A stretch of DNA of 64,000 bases from a virus (IMGVR_UViG_2751185775_000001:9005-73004); one strand, 5' to 3'. Numbered from the stretch's first letter, positions 18,593-29,362 are shown. The notes: generated from the sequence alone by a model not told the origin. A program made the numbers and translations.

Positions 18593-19894
18593 ATGTCAGA
18601 GAAAGATGTTACATGTATCAACTGCGCTTTGTGCGGCAAGAAAGATGTGATGATGCAGTTGCACTTCACGCCTAAAGCAGACAGTGGTGAGCTGAAATGT
18701 AGCAGCCACCCGAGAAATGAAAATGGCGAGCCATTGAGTCCCAATGAAGCCCTTGCCAAATACAAAGCGTTATACCCGAACGCTCAGACAGTTTCCAAAG
18801 CGGCAATGGACGTTTTAATCAAAAAACAGGAACGAGAGGAAGAAGAACGGCGCGTTGCTATGGCGACAGCTTCGGCGGAATCAGCCTCTGAATCTTCTGA
18901 AACTGCGGCATCCGCAACTGTCACACCTATTCATGGCTATGTCGGCACCACTGAGTACAGAACTGAAAAAGCGGCCTTGAATGAAATTCTTGGTCTACCG
19001 CATCACGCTCTGACAAACGCATTGGGTAATCCGATTGTTACAGATGTATTCCTCAACCGTCCGTTTCCCGAGTTCGTGCCGGAAGTTAATAAATCATATA
19101 TGTTCAGCGACACGGAATTAATCAAAGACGTTTTGATGTGCTTTACAACAGGAATGCCGGCTTATCTGTGGGGTCATGCTGGTACTGGTAAATCATCCAT
19201 GCCAACGCAGTTAGCGGCACGGCTGAACCGTCCGATTATCCGGGCGCAGCACACAGCGTCAACCGAAGAATCGCACATCACCGGTCAGATTCTGGCTAAA
19301 GACGGGCGCACTTACTTCGAGCCTGGGCTTTTAACTATGGCTATGAAGCACGGAATCATCTACCTCGCGGATGAATATGATTTCGCTTACCCACAAATCC
19401 TGTCTCTGTACCAGCCGGTGCTTGAGAATGAGCCACTGATCCTGAAAGAAGCAACCCCTGAATGGCGCAGAACAACACCGCATAAGCATTTCGCGTTTGT
19501 GGCTACCGGCAACACTAACGGATCGGGTGATGAAACAGGATTGTATCAGGGCACCAATCAGCAAAACGCCGCAAACTTCTCTCGTTTCGCGCTGGTTACA
19601 AAGGTCGAGTACATGCCGGAAGAACAGGAAGTTGAGATCCTGAAATCTAACGGCATCCCGGAAGCCATGTCCAGACTGTATGTGAAATTCGCCACACGCT
19701 GCCGCGAAGCCTTTGAAGCACATGAAATCTCACAACCTATCGGCCCTCGTGAACTGATTCTGGCCGGCAAGATCGGCGTTATGCGTCAGAACCCTATGCT
19801 GGGTCTGATGAAAGCGTATATCAACAAACTGCCGTCTGCGTCTGCTCACGCAGTTACCGAATTTGCACAGCGTATCTTCGGCACAGCGGCATGA
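18593..19894 (+). CDS. CobS/MoxR-like AAA+ ATPase with N-terminal Cys-rich region
   Basis: Walker A GHAGTGKSS, Walker B IIYLADEYD; sits beside the CobT/VWA genes. Confidence 0.7.
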   Translation: MSEKDVTCINCALCGKKDVMMQLHFTPKADSGELKCSSHPRNENGEPLSPNEALAKYKALYPNAQTVSKAAMDVLIKKQEREEEERRVAMATASAESASESSETAASATVTPIHGYVGTTEYRTEKAALNEILGLPHHALTNALGNPIVTDVFLNRPFPEFVPEVNKSYMFSDTELIKDVLMCFTTGMPAYLWGHAGTGKSSMPTQLAARLNRPIIRAQHTASTEESHITGQILAKDGRTYFEPGLLTMAMKHGIIYLADEYDFAYPQILSLYQPVLENEPLILKEATPEWRRTTPHKHFAFVATGNTNGSGDETGLYQGTNQQNAANFSRFALVTKVEYMPEEQEVEILKSNGIPEAMSRLYVKFATRCREAFEAHEISQPIGPRELILAGKIGVMRQNPMLGLMKAYINKLPSASAHAVTEFAQRIFGTAA

Positions 19895-20066
19895 TTGGCT
19901 GCTTCGGCTCAATATTAACAGCCTCTGAGAAATCGACACTCTGCGCGGTATGCCCGCACAGGGTGTCCTGTCATTCAGAAGCAAAAAAAACGTGTTATTC
20001 ACATCTACGGATCGTATGAAAACTTTCCGCTGGATGCCGGTACGAAAAGAAAAAGAGGTAAAAAGA

Positions 20067-23000
20067 ATGCAAGCCCTACTTGCCAGAACTGACTTCTCGT
20101 TAGGTGAGTCCACCATCAAGGCGGCTAACGCTGTCAGAATCGCAAAGGAGCGCGGCTACAAAGCGATTATTTCATCTGACACCATGAATATATCCGCAGT
20201 TATCCCGATGCAGCTTGAAGCGTCTGAGGGCTTTTCTGTGATACTCGGGACGCGACTCTGTATCGTTGATAACCCTTTCCTTGAATCAGAGAACAAAAAA
20301 CGAAAAGAGGACGGACAGGAGCTGCTGCCCGTAAGTCGTGATTTTGGTTACTCGTTTATCGCTATGGCGAAGAACGAACAGGGCTTCTCTGATATGTGTT
20401 CTCTTATCAGCTATGGCTATGAGCGAGATCAGTATTACAAAACACCACGGCTGGACATTTCTCAGGTTGAAGACGCATTCAGCAAAGGGAATATCGTGTT
20501 AATGACTGCGGATTTTGACAGTGTATTCCGCCGCCGTGACTGCATGGATATCATGAGCCGTCTGGCTGAGATTAACCGTGACGATTTGTATGCCGCTGTT
20601 TACCCAATGACTTCGCCTTTCTTTGATCAGGTGAATATCAAAACGACCGCTGCTGCTGAGGCTTTATCTGTTAAAAAGGTGGCTTTCTATCCGGCGTATT
20701 ACGAAAATACCGACGATGCGGATCTGAAAGATATCGCGTATCAGGTCTGTAATAACATCAAATCCGATCAGGGGTATCGAATCCGCACCCCGCATGTACG
20801 CGACAATGCGATAAATGACCGCATTTGCCTCCTGAAAAACCTGAAATCGTTCAGCGACCGCACCGGTTCAGCGGTGTCACCTGATATGGTGTCAGGCGCT
20901 CAGGATGAGATTATCGGAAAATGTAACTGGCGTTGGCACAAGATGGACGTTGCATTGCCGAAAATGGCAGAAGACGAAGCCGTAACCCTGCGAAAAATGG
21001 CTGCTGATGGACTAAAAGCCAAACTTACCGGCACATCATTCGGTCACACTCCACCAAAAGCGCTTTGGCCGGAGTATATCAACCGGCTCAAGTACGAACT
21101 TGATGTGCTGACGCGACTCGGATTCTGCGGCTATTTCCTAATGGTGTCCGACCTTATGCAACACTCACTGAAAGCGGGTATTCCTGTCGGTGCCGGTCGT
21201 GGTTCTGTTGGCGGTTCATTGGTTGCATGGTGCGTCAGTATCACTGACGTTGACCCTATCCGTCACGGCTTGCTGTTTGAGCGCTTCATTAACCCTGAAC
21301 GTCTGGATTTACCCGATGCGGATCTGGACTTCTCGCAATCAAAACGTCACCTCGCTATCCAGTACCTGTATGACAAATACGGCGAAGATTTTGTTGCCGG
21401 AATAGTCAACTATTCCTATCTCAAGGCGGCATCTGCTATCCGTGATTCAGCGCGTATCTTTAATATCCCGGCGGAAGACCTGGCAGTATCTAAAGAGGTT
21501 GGCTGGGCTGCAAAAGACGACGATGTAACGCTTGAAGAACTGAGAGAGGAACTGGCGGCATTAGATAAATACGCTATTAAACACCCTCAAGCCTTTGAAT
21601 CCGCCTGTAAACTGAAAAGCCTTATGCGTAGTTATGGCCGTCACGCAGCCGGTATGATTGTCTCTAGTGTGCCAATCCGTGAACGTGCCGTGATTGAGCG
21701 ACGAGGGGATGAACGTGTTATCAATTGGGATAAACGTCACTGTGAGGATATGGGCTTAATTAAACTGGACGTGCTCGGGCTGGCAACGCTCGATCTGCTT
21801 CAACTGGCAGTAGATTACATCAGCGAACGTCACGGGCGCGGAGTGGTAAAACTCAATGAAGTATCATTAGATGATAAAAAGGTCATGGCAAACTTCGCTG
21901 ACGGTCGGACAAAAGGGGTGTTCCAGTTGGAATCCGCGCCGATGCGTAAGTTGCTTAAAGATCTTGGCGGCGGCGTAGATCCGGTTTCGTTTGAAACCAT
22001 CGTTGCCACAACCGCACTATTCCGTCCGGGGCCGATTCAGTCCGGCATGTTGGACACGTTCGTTGAGGTCGCCAAAGGATATTCAGAGCCGATCTCATTC
22101 CACCCGCGCCTTGACCAGCTAACCAAAGAAACGAACGGCGTTATTCTGTATCAGGAACAAACCATGAAGACGGTGCAGATCCTCGGCGGATTTACACTGG
22201 CGGAGGCAGATGGTGTCCGTAAAGCTATCGGTAAAAAAGATGCCGGTAAAATGGCTAAAATGGGTGAGCTTTTTAAAGCACAGGCTGGCGCTGGCTGGAT
22301 TGACCTAACGCTGGAAAACGGGTCTGTGGTCACTGTACACCGCGCGGAACATTTCAAATGCGGCGACGATAAGCTGACAGCAGAAAACGCGCTTGAGAGC
22401 GGCAGAGAGCTTGTAATCGAGGGTAATCGAGTAACTGGTATTGTGACAGGATCAGAACAGCCCGGACTGACTGAGGAAAAGGCGAACGAAATTTGGGATG
22501 CGCTGGAAAAGAACGGTGCTTACCAGTTCAACAAATCGCACTCAGTTGCGTATACGCTGATCAGTTATCAGGCGATGTGGTTAAAAACCTACTACCCGGC
22601 GGAGTTCTTCGCGGCAGCTATCACCATTTTAGGCGAAGATAAACATCAGGATCTGGTTCTGGATGCTATGGACTATGGTATTACCGTGATGCCTCCTGAC
22701 ATTAATATTTCCAGTGAGCGGATGGAGATTTTCGATATCGACGGACGCCCTACCCTGTTCGCACCTTTCAGCGCAATCAAGGGTTGTTCCAGCAACGGCA
22801 GTAAAGCCATTGTGGAAGCCAGAGCCAAAGTAGGCGGCACTTTCCTGAATACTGAGCAGTTCGTTGAGGTCGTCAATAAACGATCCTGTAACTCCCGTGT
22901 TATTGAATCTCTCAAACGTGTCGGCGCACTGGCATCGATAACACCGGGTGAATTGCCGGCCAGTGATGAATCGCGGCGGAAAGACCAGGCGGAGCTGATG

Positions 23001-23600
23001 GGGGATCTGATTGTCGAGGCTGTTAAAACCTCCCGTGAATTTGTGATGGATGAAAAAACAAACGCAAACATCAATCTGCTTATGAACAATATTGCCAGAG
23101 ATACCGGCTTGGGTAATGATTTGGTCAGACCTCGCACCGGTCGAAAGCCTAAGTTTATGATCATTCTGGACGGAGCCGGTAAAGGTGATGTGAAGGCCGG
23201 TACGTTTATGGAATCAGGGTATAACGAGTTTCGTTCCATCCTGACAAACGCCGGTTTCCTGATGGGGGATCTGTATATCACCGGTGTCGTGAAAAAAGCC
23301 AAAGCTGATGGGGAGAAGTCATATTCCAAAGAAGATCTGGCCGTGTTCTCCGAATACATTAAGTCTGAAATCGAGCTGGCTAAACCAACCTATATCATGA
23401 CATGCGGCAGTCTCGCATCATCATTGTTCAACAACAAATCCAAGCCGTCTGATTTGGTCGGCAGAAAGGAATACTTCGCTGATATGGATGCCACCGTGTT
23501 TTACGCATTCAACCCGAACATCCTATATTTCAGACCGGAAGAAGATGAAAAGTTAATTAAGATAGTGTCGGAAGTCGCCGCCGCTGTAGGCATGGATTAA
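20067..23600 (+). CDS. dnaE: DNA polymerase III alpha subunit (DnaE-type, PHP N-terminal domain)
   Basis: N-terminal PHP-like MQALLARTDFSLGESTIK; about 1180 aa; RBS aaagaggt before ATG 20067. Confidence 0.85.
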   Translation: MQALLARTDFSLGESTIKAANAVRIAKERGYKAIISSDTMNISAVIPMQLEASEGFSVILGTRLCIVDNPFLESENKKRKEDGQELLPVSRDFGYSFIAMAKNEQGFSDMCSLISYGYERDQYYKTPRLDISQVEDAFSKGNIVLMTADFDSVFRRRDCMDIMSRLAEINRDDLYAAVYPMTSPFFDQVNIKTTAAAEALSVKKVAFYPAYYENTDDADLKDIAYQVCNNIKSDQGYRIRTPHVRDNAINDRICLLKNLKSFSDRTGSAVSPDMVSGAQDEIIGKCNWRWHKMDVALPKMAEDEAVTLRKMAADGLKAKLTGTSFGHTPPKALWPEYINRLKYELDVLTRLGFCGYFLMVSDLMQHSLKAGIPVGAGRGSVGGSLVAWCVSITDVDPIRHGLLFERFINPERLDLPDADLDFSQSKRHLAIQYLYDKYGEDFVAGIVNYSYLKAASAIRDSARIFNIPAEDLAVSKEVGWAAKDDDVTLEELREELAALDKYAIKHPQAFESACKLKSLMRSYGRHAAGMIVSSVPIRERAVIERRGDERVINWDKRHCEDMGLIKLDVLGLATLDLLQLAVDYISERHGRGVVKLNEVSLDDKKVMANFADGRTKGVFQLESAPMRKLLKDLGGGVDPVSFETIVATTALFRPGPIQSGMLDTFVEVAKGYSEPISFHPRLDQLTKETNGVILYQEQTMKTVQILGGFTLAEADGVRKAIGKKDAGKMAKMGELFKAQAGAGWIDLTLENGSVVTVHRAEHFKCGDDKLTAENALESGRELVIEGNRVTGIVTGSEQPGLTEEKANEIWDALEKNGAYQFNKSHSVAYTLISYQAMWLKTYYPAEFFAAAITILGEDKHQDLVLDAMDYGITVMPPDINISSERMEIFDIDGRPTLFAPFSAIKGCSSNGSKAIVEARAKVGGTFLNTEQFVEVVNKRSCNSRVIESLKRVGALASITPGELPASDESRRKDQAELMGDLIVEAVKTSREFVMDEKTNANINLLMNNIARDTGLGNDLVRPRTGRKPKFMIILDGAGKGDVKAGTFMESGYNEFRSILTNAGFLMGDLYITGVVKKAKADGEKSYSKEDLAVFSEYIKSEIELAKPTYIMTCGSLASSLFNNKSKPSDLVGRKEYFADMDATVFYAFNPNILYFRPEEDEKLIKIVSEVAAAVGMD

Positions 23601-23620
23601 CCACCTTCAAAGCCGTTCAG

Positions 23621-24127
23621 TTGTGGCATGATCACCTGATTGAATGGCTTACTATTTCGTTACACACAACGCAAGAGACACGCAAAATGGAAATGACAAC
23701 AGTATCACCGTTAATTACTGACAAAGTGCGCGAAAAAGCGAAACTGGCAGTTATGTCCTCACGATTCGGCGCGTTTATTATCGCCGCGACAAACCTCGAA
23801 ATCGCTCGTCACATGGCGTTACTGGATGGAGAACGTGTTAACCGTCGTCTGCGTTCTGTAGCCAAAGGCATGATGGAAAAATGTGGTCTGGATGAATTAA
23901 ACAGATTGCTGCGTGAACTTGCCACCAGCAGCAACACCGATAAAGCCTACAGCGCTATCCTGTCATATCGTGATTCATTTCTGACATCAGCGGAGACTCG
24001 TATCGCGGAAATGAACGTATACTGCGGCGGGGATCTGGATGAATTAATCGAACAAGGCGCAGACGTTGAGGCTTTGACAAGCAAAGTTGCAGAGTTTAGA
24101 AAGCTGTACGCGCAAAGAGCGGCGTAA
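23621..24127 (+). CDS. Hypothetical protein (168 aa)
   Basis: ORF only. Confidence 0.4.
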   Translation: MWHDHLIEWLTISLHTTQETRKMEMTTVSPLITDKVREKAKLAVMSSRFGAFIIAATNLEIARHMALLDGERVNRRLRSVAKGMMEKCGLDELNRLLRELATSSNTDKAYSAILSYRDSFLTSAETRIAEMNVYCGGDLDELIEQGADVEALTSKVAEFRKLYAQRAA

Positions 24128-24204
24128 CAACCGCTTTATCAAAAAATATTTGCAAGTAATAATAGGTATTTTAATACCTATATCAATCTAACAAAGGCGG
24201 CATA

Positions 24205-24744
24205 GTGTCAGAAATAGCAAAAACTAAACGGGATATCGTCGTTGATCAGATACTGAGTGATTTAAAGACAGATCTGAACAACCTCGATTCTGTCTGGACG
24301 ACACAACCGGAGTTAATCGTCAAATACACGGCAAAATTAGCGGAGGCGGAGCGCGTCTGTTCGGATGAAAAAGACCGTGTTGATTCACTGAATGCGGCTA
24401 TCTATAACATCGTGCGTTCAGCGCGAAGCATGAACGGCACAAAGAGTTCAGAGTCGGCTATCGAGGCAATGGTCAAACAGATAGAGCGCCATTTTTCGGG
24501 GCTTGATCCTGATTTGAATCTGAATATTACTTTCATTCAGGAGCTGCCGGAAAAGACCGAAATTATCGCCCGGACATTATCCGCAGCACGGCAAAAACTC
24601 ATTCAGTCACGCGAAATGGCTGATCTGTACAAAGGAGCATTAGAGGGTCTGCGTCACCGCCGTGACATGGTGGTTCAGGCATCAAAAAAAGCCATTCTTG
24701 ATTATGAAATTTTAGGCGCGGGTACATTTTCTGGTAAAAAATAA
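24205..24744 (+). CDS. Hypothetical protein (179 aa)
   Basis: ORF preceded by the TAGGTATT…TACCTA palindrome. Confidence 0.45.
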   Translation: MSEIAKTKRDIVVDQILSDLKTDLNNLDSVWTTQPELIVKYTAKLAEAERVCSDEKDRVDSLNAAIYNIVRSARSMNGTKSSESAIEAMVKQIERHFSGLDPDLNLNITFIQELPEKTEIIARTLSAARQKLIQSREMADLYKGALEGLRHRRDMVVQASKKAILDYEILGAGTFSGKK

Positions 24745-24905
24745 CACCCGAAAAAAATAGCTTTCATGTATGTATTTACTGATCTATTATTTGTTCCGCA
24801 ATGATGTAGTGACAGGCAAAGTGGTTAATGCTTCTTTGCCAAACAAACGTAACAAACAAACCAAACGTAAAAAAAAACCTAACAAAACAAATTAAGGAAC
24901 CTTGT

Positions 24906-25895
24906 ATGTCAAACTTATTAGCTCTCATTCGCGGCAAGCGTAAAGAAATGGCAGAGAAACGCGCCAGTCGTGGCGTTGACATTGCCAAAATGCAAAACGG
25001 CGTACAGTATCTTCGCATCTTCCCTAACTTTGATGATGCTGAAGGAGTTTTCTTCCATCCGTTCGGTATGCACTATGCAAAAACCAAAGAAGACGGGAAA
25101 GAAAAAGTTGTCGCGTCAATCTGCCGCAGCGTAGCGTTTGGTGAACCATGTGAGTTGTGTAACACGCTGATGGAAGCAAAAGCGGTACACAAAGGCAACA
25201 AAGTGATGGAAGAAATCATTCAGGATTCACGGTCAAGTTTCCGCTATCTAGTGAACGGCGCACTGACCGCAACACCTGATATCAGAACTGCTGAAAAAGG
25301 TCAGCTTATCGAACTGCCTCAGACCGTCTTTGAAGACATTCTGAAACTTATCGACGAAGACATGACCGATGTTATCGGCAACCCACTGAGCGCGACTGAT
25401 GGCTACTGTTACATGATCAACCGTACCGGTGCTGGTCGTGAAACTCGTTACTCTGTTTCACCATCCCGCCGTGAGGGTAAGGCTGCTATTCCGGAAGAAC
25501 TGAAAACCGGCGTTCTGAACCTCGAAAGTTTTGTTAAGTCACAGGATGATGTAAACAAATACGCGCTGACCGGCAAAATTATTGCTGCGTCAACGGGTAT
25601 CGCATTCTCCGCAAGCTCAACGCTTTCGCTGCCAGCAACCGGCACAACCGGTGTTGGTGAATTGCCGGGCTTTTCTTCTTCAAAACCGGCTGATGATGTT
25701 CCGTTTGACACAGGTGCTGCTGACGCAGCCAAGTCTGCTGCTGCGGAAGCCAGCGCAGTTGAGTTTACCGGCGCTGCTGATGCCACCGCATCCGCTGCTG
25801 CTGTTACTCCTGCTGCTCCGGTTGCTTCTCCGTCCAATGATTCCCTGGCAGAACAGGATCTGGCGGACATGATGAAAGCACTGGAAGGCGTTTAA
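24906..25895 (+). CDS. gp32-like single-stranded DNA-binding protein with acidic C-terminal tail
   Basis: Zn-binding-like CRSVAFGEPCELC; N-terminal basic region; acidic C-terminus; unstructured A/C-rich leader. Confidence 0.55.
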   Translation: MSNLLALIRGKRKEMAEKRASRGVDIAKMQNGVQYLRIFPNFDDAEGVFFHPFGMHYAKTKEDGKEKVVASICRSVAFGEPCELCNTLMEAKAVHKGNKVMEEIIQDSRSSFRYLVNGALTATPDIRTAEKGQLIELPQTVFEDILKLIDEDMTDVIGNPLSATDGYCYMINRTGAGRETRYSVSPSRREGKAAIPEELKTGVLNLESFVKSQDDVNKYALTGKIIAASTGIAFSASSTLSLPATGTTGVGELPGFSSSKPADDVPFDTGAADAAKSAAAEASAVEFTGAADATASAAAVTPAAPVASPSNDSLAEQDLADMMKALEGV

Positions 25896-25917
25896 TTGTC
25901 AGAGTGAAATAAACGGG

Positions 25918-25947
25918 GGCGCATTCGTGCGCCCCTTGTTATTGGAG
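25918..25947 (+). terminator. Rho-independent terminator (ggggcgca ttcg tgcgcccc ttgttatt)
   Basis: 8-bp GC stem plus T-rich tail. Confidence 0.55.
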
Positions 25948-25954
25948 AAGAAAA

Positions 25955-26899
25955 ATGAACCTGTTATTAGTTGACGCACACAGTCAGGGTTATTACCACC
26001 AGCAATCGGCGGCAGTCCTGAAAGCCGGCGATATGGAAACTCAGGCTATCTTCAATACGCTGCGATCTATCAAACGTTTTGCCTCAATACAGAAAGCCCG
26101 TGTGATTATGCTTTGGGACGGTAAGCCTGTTAAGCGCAACGCTATCTTTCCGGGTTACAAAACCCGTGCTCCTAACGCTGATATGGAGGCGATGAAAGAG
26201 AAATTTAAATTGCAACGCCCGTATATCCAGAAAGCACTGTCTCACTTAGGCGTTGAGCAATATATCGCGGAAGACGGTGAAGCGGATGATCTGGCTGGCT
26301 TGTTTGTCAAAACCCATAAAGACAAATTTGACCACATCTACCTGCTGTCTGGTGACGGCGATTACAAACAACTGGTGGATGAAAAGGTTTCTTTCATCAA
26401 TCAGCGGGACGATTCAATCCTGCGTATCGAAAACTTTTTCGACGACACCGGCTATCACACCCCACTTTCATTCATTCAGGGTAAAGCGTTGCACGGCGAT
26501 ACCTCAGACACGATTCCGGGCGTTGGTGGTATCGGAGAAAAAGGCGCTAAAGACTTTTTAGCTGAGTACGGATCTGTTGCTGCTATCCGCAATCTTGTCA
26601 TTGCCGGTGATGAGCTGATGAAGAACCGGGCGCGTAATGCGTTTATCAAGCTGGCTAAAAATGAATTTAACGAAGCACAGGGTATGGGAATGCTGGATAT
26701 CTTCAAGCGGAACCTCACGCTTATGATGCTGCGTAGCTGTCCGCTTAAACCAGACACCATCACATCAATCCCTCGTGACTACAGTCCTGAAAAGTTGCGT
26801 TTGCTGCTGCTTGAACTGAATTTCCAGACCATTTTAGAAGACCTCGACGTGTTTTATACACCGTTCGACCGATACGGATTAAAAGGTGAACCAGCATGA
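25955..26899 (+). CDS. 5'-3' exonuclease / flap endonuclease (RNase H-like PIN domain)
   Basis: Motifs LLVDAHSQ, MLWDGK, LLSGDGDYKQL; helix-hairpin-helix region GVGGIGEKGA. Confidence 0.75.
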   Translation: MNLLLVDAHSQGYYHQQSAAVLKAGDMETQAIFNTLRSIKRFASIQKARVIMLWDGKPVKRNAIFPGYKTRAPNADMEAMKEKFKLQRPYIQKALSHLGVEQYIAEDGEADDLAGLFVKTHKDKFDHIYLLSGDGDYKQLVDEKVSFINQRDDSILRIENFFDDTGYHTPLSFIQGKALHGDTSDTIPGVGGIGEKGAKDFLAEYGSVAAIRNLVIAGDELMKNRARNAFIKLAKNEFNEAQGMGMLDIFKRNLTLMMLRSCPLKPDTITSIPRDYSPEKLRLLLLELNFQTILEDLDVFYTPFDRYGLKGEPA

Positions 26900-27156
26900 T
26901 CACATCCCTGATTAATAAAGGCGTTAAGACAACGCCTACAGATCTGGCAAAAGAAATTATCGCTCTGCATGGGCGTGACGGTTTAGCCAATGTCCGCCGC
27001 GTTCTGAAACAGTCCGATGTAGCTGTAACGGAGCGTGAGCTGGAAACAGTTTACGGTCACTGCATCAACATTCACAACCGCGTATTGAAAAACTTCAAGC
27101 TGGATGAAATTCACCCTGAAATCCTCAAGACCTTATATCCGTTAGAAAGAGCGTAA
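26896..27156 (+). CDS. Hypothetical protein (86 aa)
   Basis: Translationally coupled ORF. Confidence 0.4.
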   Translation: MITSLINKGVKTTPTDLAKEIIALHGRDGLANVRRVLKQSDVAVTERELETVYGHCINIHNRVLKNFKLDEIHPEILKTLYPLERA

Positions 27157-27158
27157 TC

Positions 27159-28304
27159 ATGGCAAAAGATACTGAAAAAGACAAAAAAGCTAAAATGGGT
27201 AGCTTTTTCAAAAAACACGTTAAGAAAAACGCAGAGCAGCAGCATGTTACCGTGTGGCTTGATACCGGTTTGCCTCATCTGAACAAAGCAGTTTCCGGCA
27301 GCTACAGCGGCGGTTTTCCGTGTGGTCGCGTGTCAGAGGTGTTTGGCTGGGAATCAAGCGGTAAAACTTACATCGCCACACAAGCCATGATTTCCTGTCA
27401 GAAAGTCGGTGGTATCGCTATTTTCATGGATCATGAGAAAAGTTTCGACTCTAAGCTGGCCGAGAAATGCGGTCTGGATGTGGGTGAAAACGGTAACTGG
27501 ATTTATCAGCATCCTAAAAACTTTGAGGAATCCATCGCATACGCCGGGAATATCTGCCGGACTATCCGCGAAGAAAAAATTATCGATCCGGAAACGCCTA
27601 TCACGCTGGTGTTCGATTCGCTTGCGTTCATGATCCCTAAGCAAATTCAGGAGAAAATGACCAACAAAGCCAACGGCAAAGAGTCGAAGAAAGACGACCT
27701 CAATATGAACGACAACACGGCACTGGCGCGTTGTACAGCTGCTTACTTCCCGACTATTGCCTCGTGGGCGAGTGACTATAACGTCTGCGTTCTGTTCCTG
27801 AATCAGTGTCGTCAGGATCTGAGCGTTACGTTCGGTGACAACACGAAAGCAGCGGGCGGAAAAACCCCTGCGTTTACATGCTCTGTTCGTGTTCAGTTAT
27901 CCAAAGCTCAGATTAAGGATAAAACGACCCATGAGCGTATAGGTGACGTTGTAACCGCGAAAGTAATCAAGAACAAGGTTGCCCCGCCGTTCAAAACCGC
28001 CTCGTGGAATTTCTACTACGACACGGATATCGGTATTGATTCTACGGAGTCACTGGTAGATCACATGCTTCTGATCGGCTATCTGCAAAAAAACTCGTCC
28101 GGTCGCATCATGCTTGGTGACAAAGCCTATTCCCGGTCAGATGTTATTGCCAGCTTCAAGAAAATGCCTAACGATAAAATCGTCAGTCTGCTGGAACGTT
28201 GGTACAAAGATAACGCCGAAGCCGCCGACTCTGCTACTGAAATGAACGATGCTGATAAGCCGGTTGATGATACAGAATACGGCGATGTTGATGTGACTGT
28301 CTGA
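27159..28304 (+). CDS. RecA-family recombinase
   Basis: Walker A GWESSGKTYIA, Walker B LVFDSLA; length comparable to RecA. Confidence 0.8.
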   Translation: MAKDTEKDKKAKMGSFFKKHVKKNAEQQHVTVWLDTGLPHLNKAVSGSYSGGFPCGRVSEVFGWESSGKTYIATQAMISCQKVGGIAIFMDHEKSFDSKLAEKCGLDVGENGNWIYQHPKNFEESIAYAGNICRTIREEKIIDPETPITLVFDSLAFMIPKQIQEKMTNKANGKESKKDDLNMNDNTALARCTAAYFPTIASWASDYNVCVLFLNQCRQDLSVTFGDNTKAAGGKTPAFTCSVRVQLSKAQIKDKTTHERIGDVVTAKVIKNKVAPPFKTASWNFYYDTDIGIDSTESLVDHMLLIGYLQKNSSGRIMLGDKAYSRSDVIASFKKMPNDKIVSLLERWYKDNAEAADSATEMNDADKPVDDTEYGDVDVTV

Positions 28305-28317
28305 CCCTCAACTACTA

Positions 28318-28343
28318 AAAGGATGCGAGAGCATCCTTTTTTT
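28318..28343 (+). terminator. Rho-independent terminator (aaaggatgc gaga gcatccttt T7)
   Basis: 9-bp stem plus T-run. Confidence 0.6.
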
Positions 28344-28595
28344 GTACCTGCAATTCTTATAGATATTTCTTGCGTACCGATTCCATAACGTTAATATACG
28401 CTCTCATAAGTAACCAGATACGTACTTTATAAATGTTAGAGATAACCATGTACAGGCAGTCAGTGAAAGCAAATCTCGCTTTCCTGATAGGTCTGCCGAA
28501 AGGCAAATGTTTCCACAAAGAACGACTGTTTTACATCCGCAGTGCGGCTGTGGCAAAGCGTTCATTAATTAAGTTACAAGCAAAGGAAAAATGAA

Positions 28596-29339
28596 ATGGT
28601 AAGACAAGCCGCTACAATGCCGGATGTTCGCACTGATGAGTGTGGTGATGTTGTCAGTCAGCACCCGTCGTTCGGTATCATCACTATGAACGTTACCAAC
28701 ACCACCGGTTGTCAGCTATTTGGCTCTGACATTAATCACAGTGCATACATGCACTTTACCCTCCAGCTCGGACAGGAGCAAAAAAGCTCTGAGGCTGATG
28801 TGTACTACGGCAAAGCCCGTGGAAATAACGTTAAACCTCTTATTGCTGATTTCTCCATGTCGATGCACCAGTTCGCCACCATGATCACAACGCCAAATAC
28901 AAGCAGCGGCATTCCCTGCACACTCAGCCATTACCGCACCGGTGATATTTACTCTCCGCCACCGGCAATTAAGCCTGCACCTTTTCATGAACGCTTGTCA
29001 GTGGACGTTGACACAGCGGCGGCGCGTGAGCTTAAAAAGCTACGTGAATCCGTTGCCGTGCTCGGTGCGATGGTTGCGAAAGGAAAGGCAGGAAAGAAAG
29101 AGCTGGTAGAGCTGTACAGCGATTTATCGTCACAGGTCGGCAATCTCCCGGCAAATCTCAGTTTCGCCGTCAACCTGGCTAAGGAAGCTGTCGATGAAAC
29201 TGTTGCCCGTGGAAAAGCTGAAATCGAAGCCACCATGACCGCTGTAGTGATGAAATTAGGCATGGATCGTATCACAGAAATCGGTCTGGAGAGTCACAAC
29301 GACCTGAACATTCCGCCTGTCACCAGCTCCATAAAATAA
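28596..29339 (+). CDS. Hypothetical protein (247 aa)
   Basis: ORF only. Confidence 0.45.
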   Translation: MVRQAATMPDVRTDECGDVVSQHPSFGIITMNVTNTTGCQLFGSDINHSAYMHFTLQLGQEQKSSEADVYYGKARGNNVKPLIADFSMSMHQFATMITTPNTSSGIPCTLSHYRTGDIYSPPPAIKPAPFHERLSVDVDTAAARELKKLRESVAVLGAMVAKGKAGKKELVELYSDLSSQVGNLPANLSFAVNLAKEAVDETVARGKAEIEATMTAVVMKLGMDRITEIGLESHNDLNIPPVTSSIK

Positions 29340-29362
29340 TTGAAACAACAACTGAGGTATTT

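Noticed and set aside
22673-23359. 228-aa minus-strand ORF inside the Pol III alpha gene
   Set aside because: It lies entirely antisense to a well-supported 1180-aa polymerase CDS. The protein is low-complexity (S/R/L/P-rich), typical of a shadow ORF.
25448-25872. Overlapping ORFs (25448..25870 minus; 25582..25872 plus) at the 3' end of the SSB gene
   Set aside because: They overlap the acidic/Ala-rich C-terminal tail region of the SSB in alternative frames; low-complexity products; spurious.
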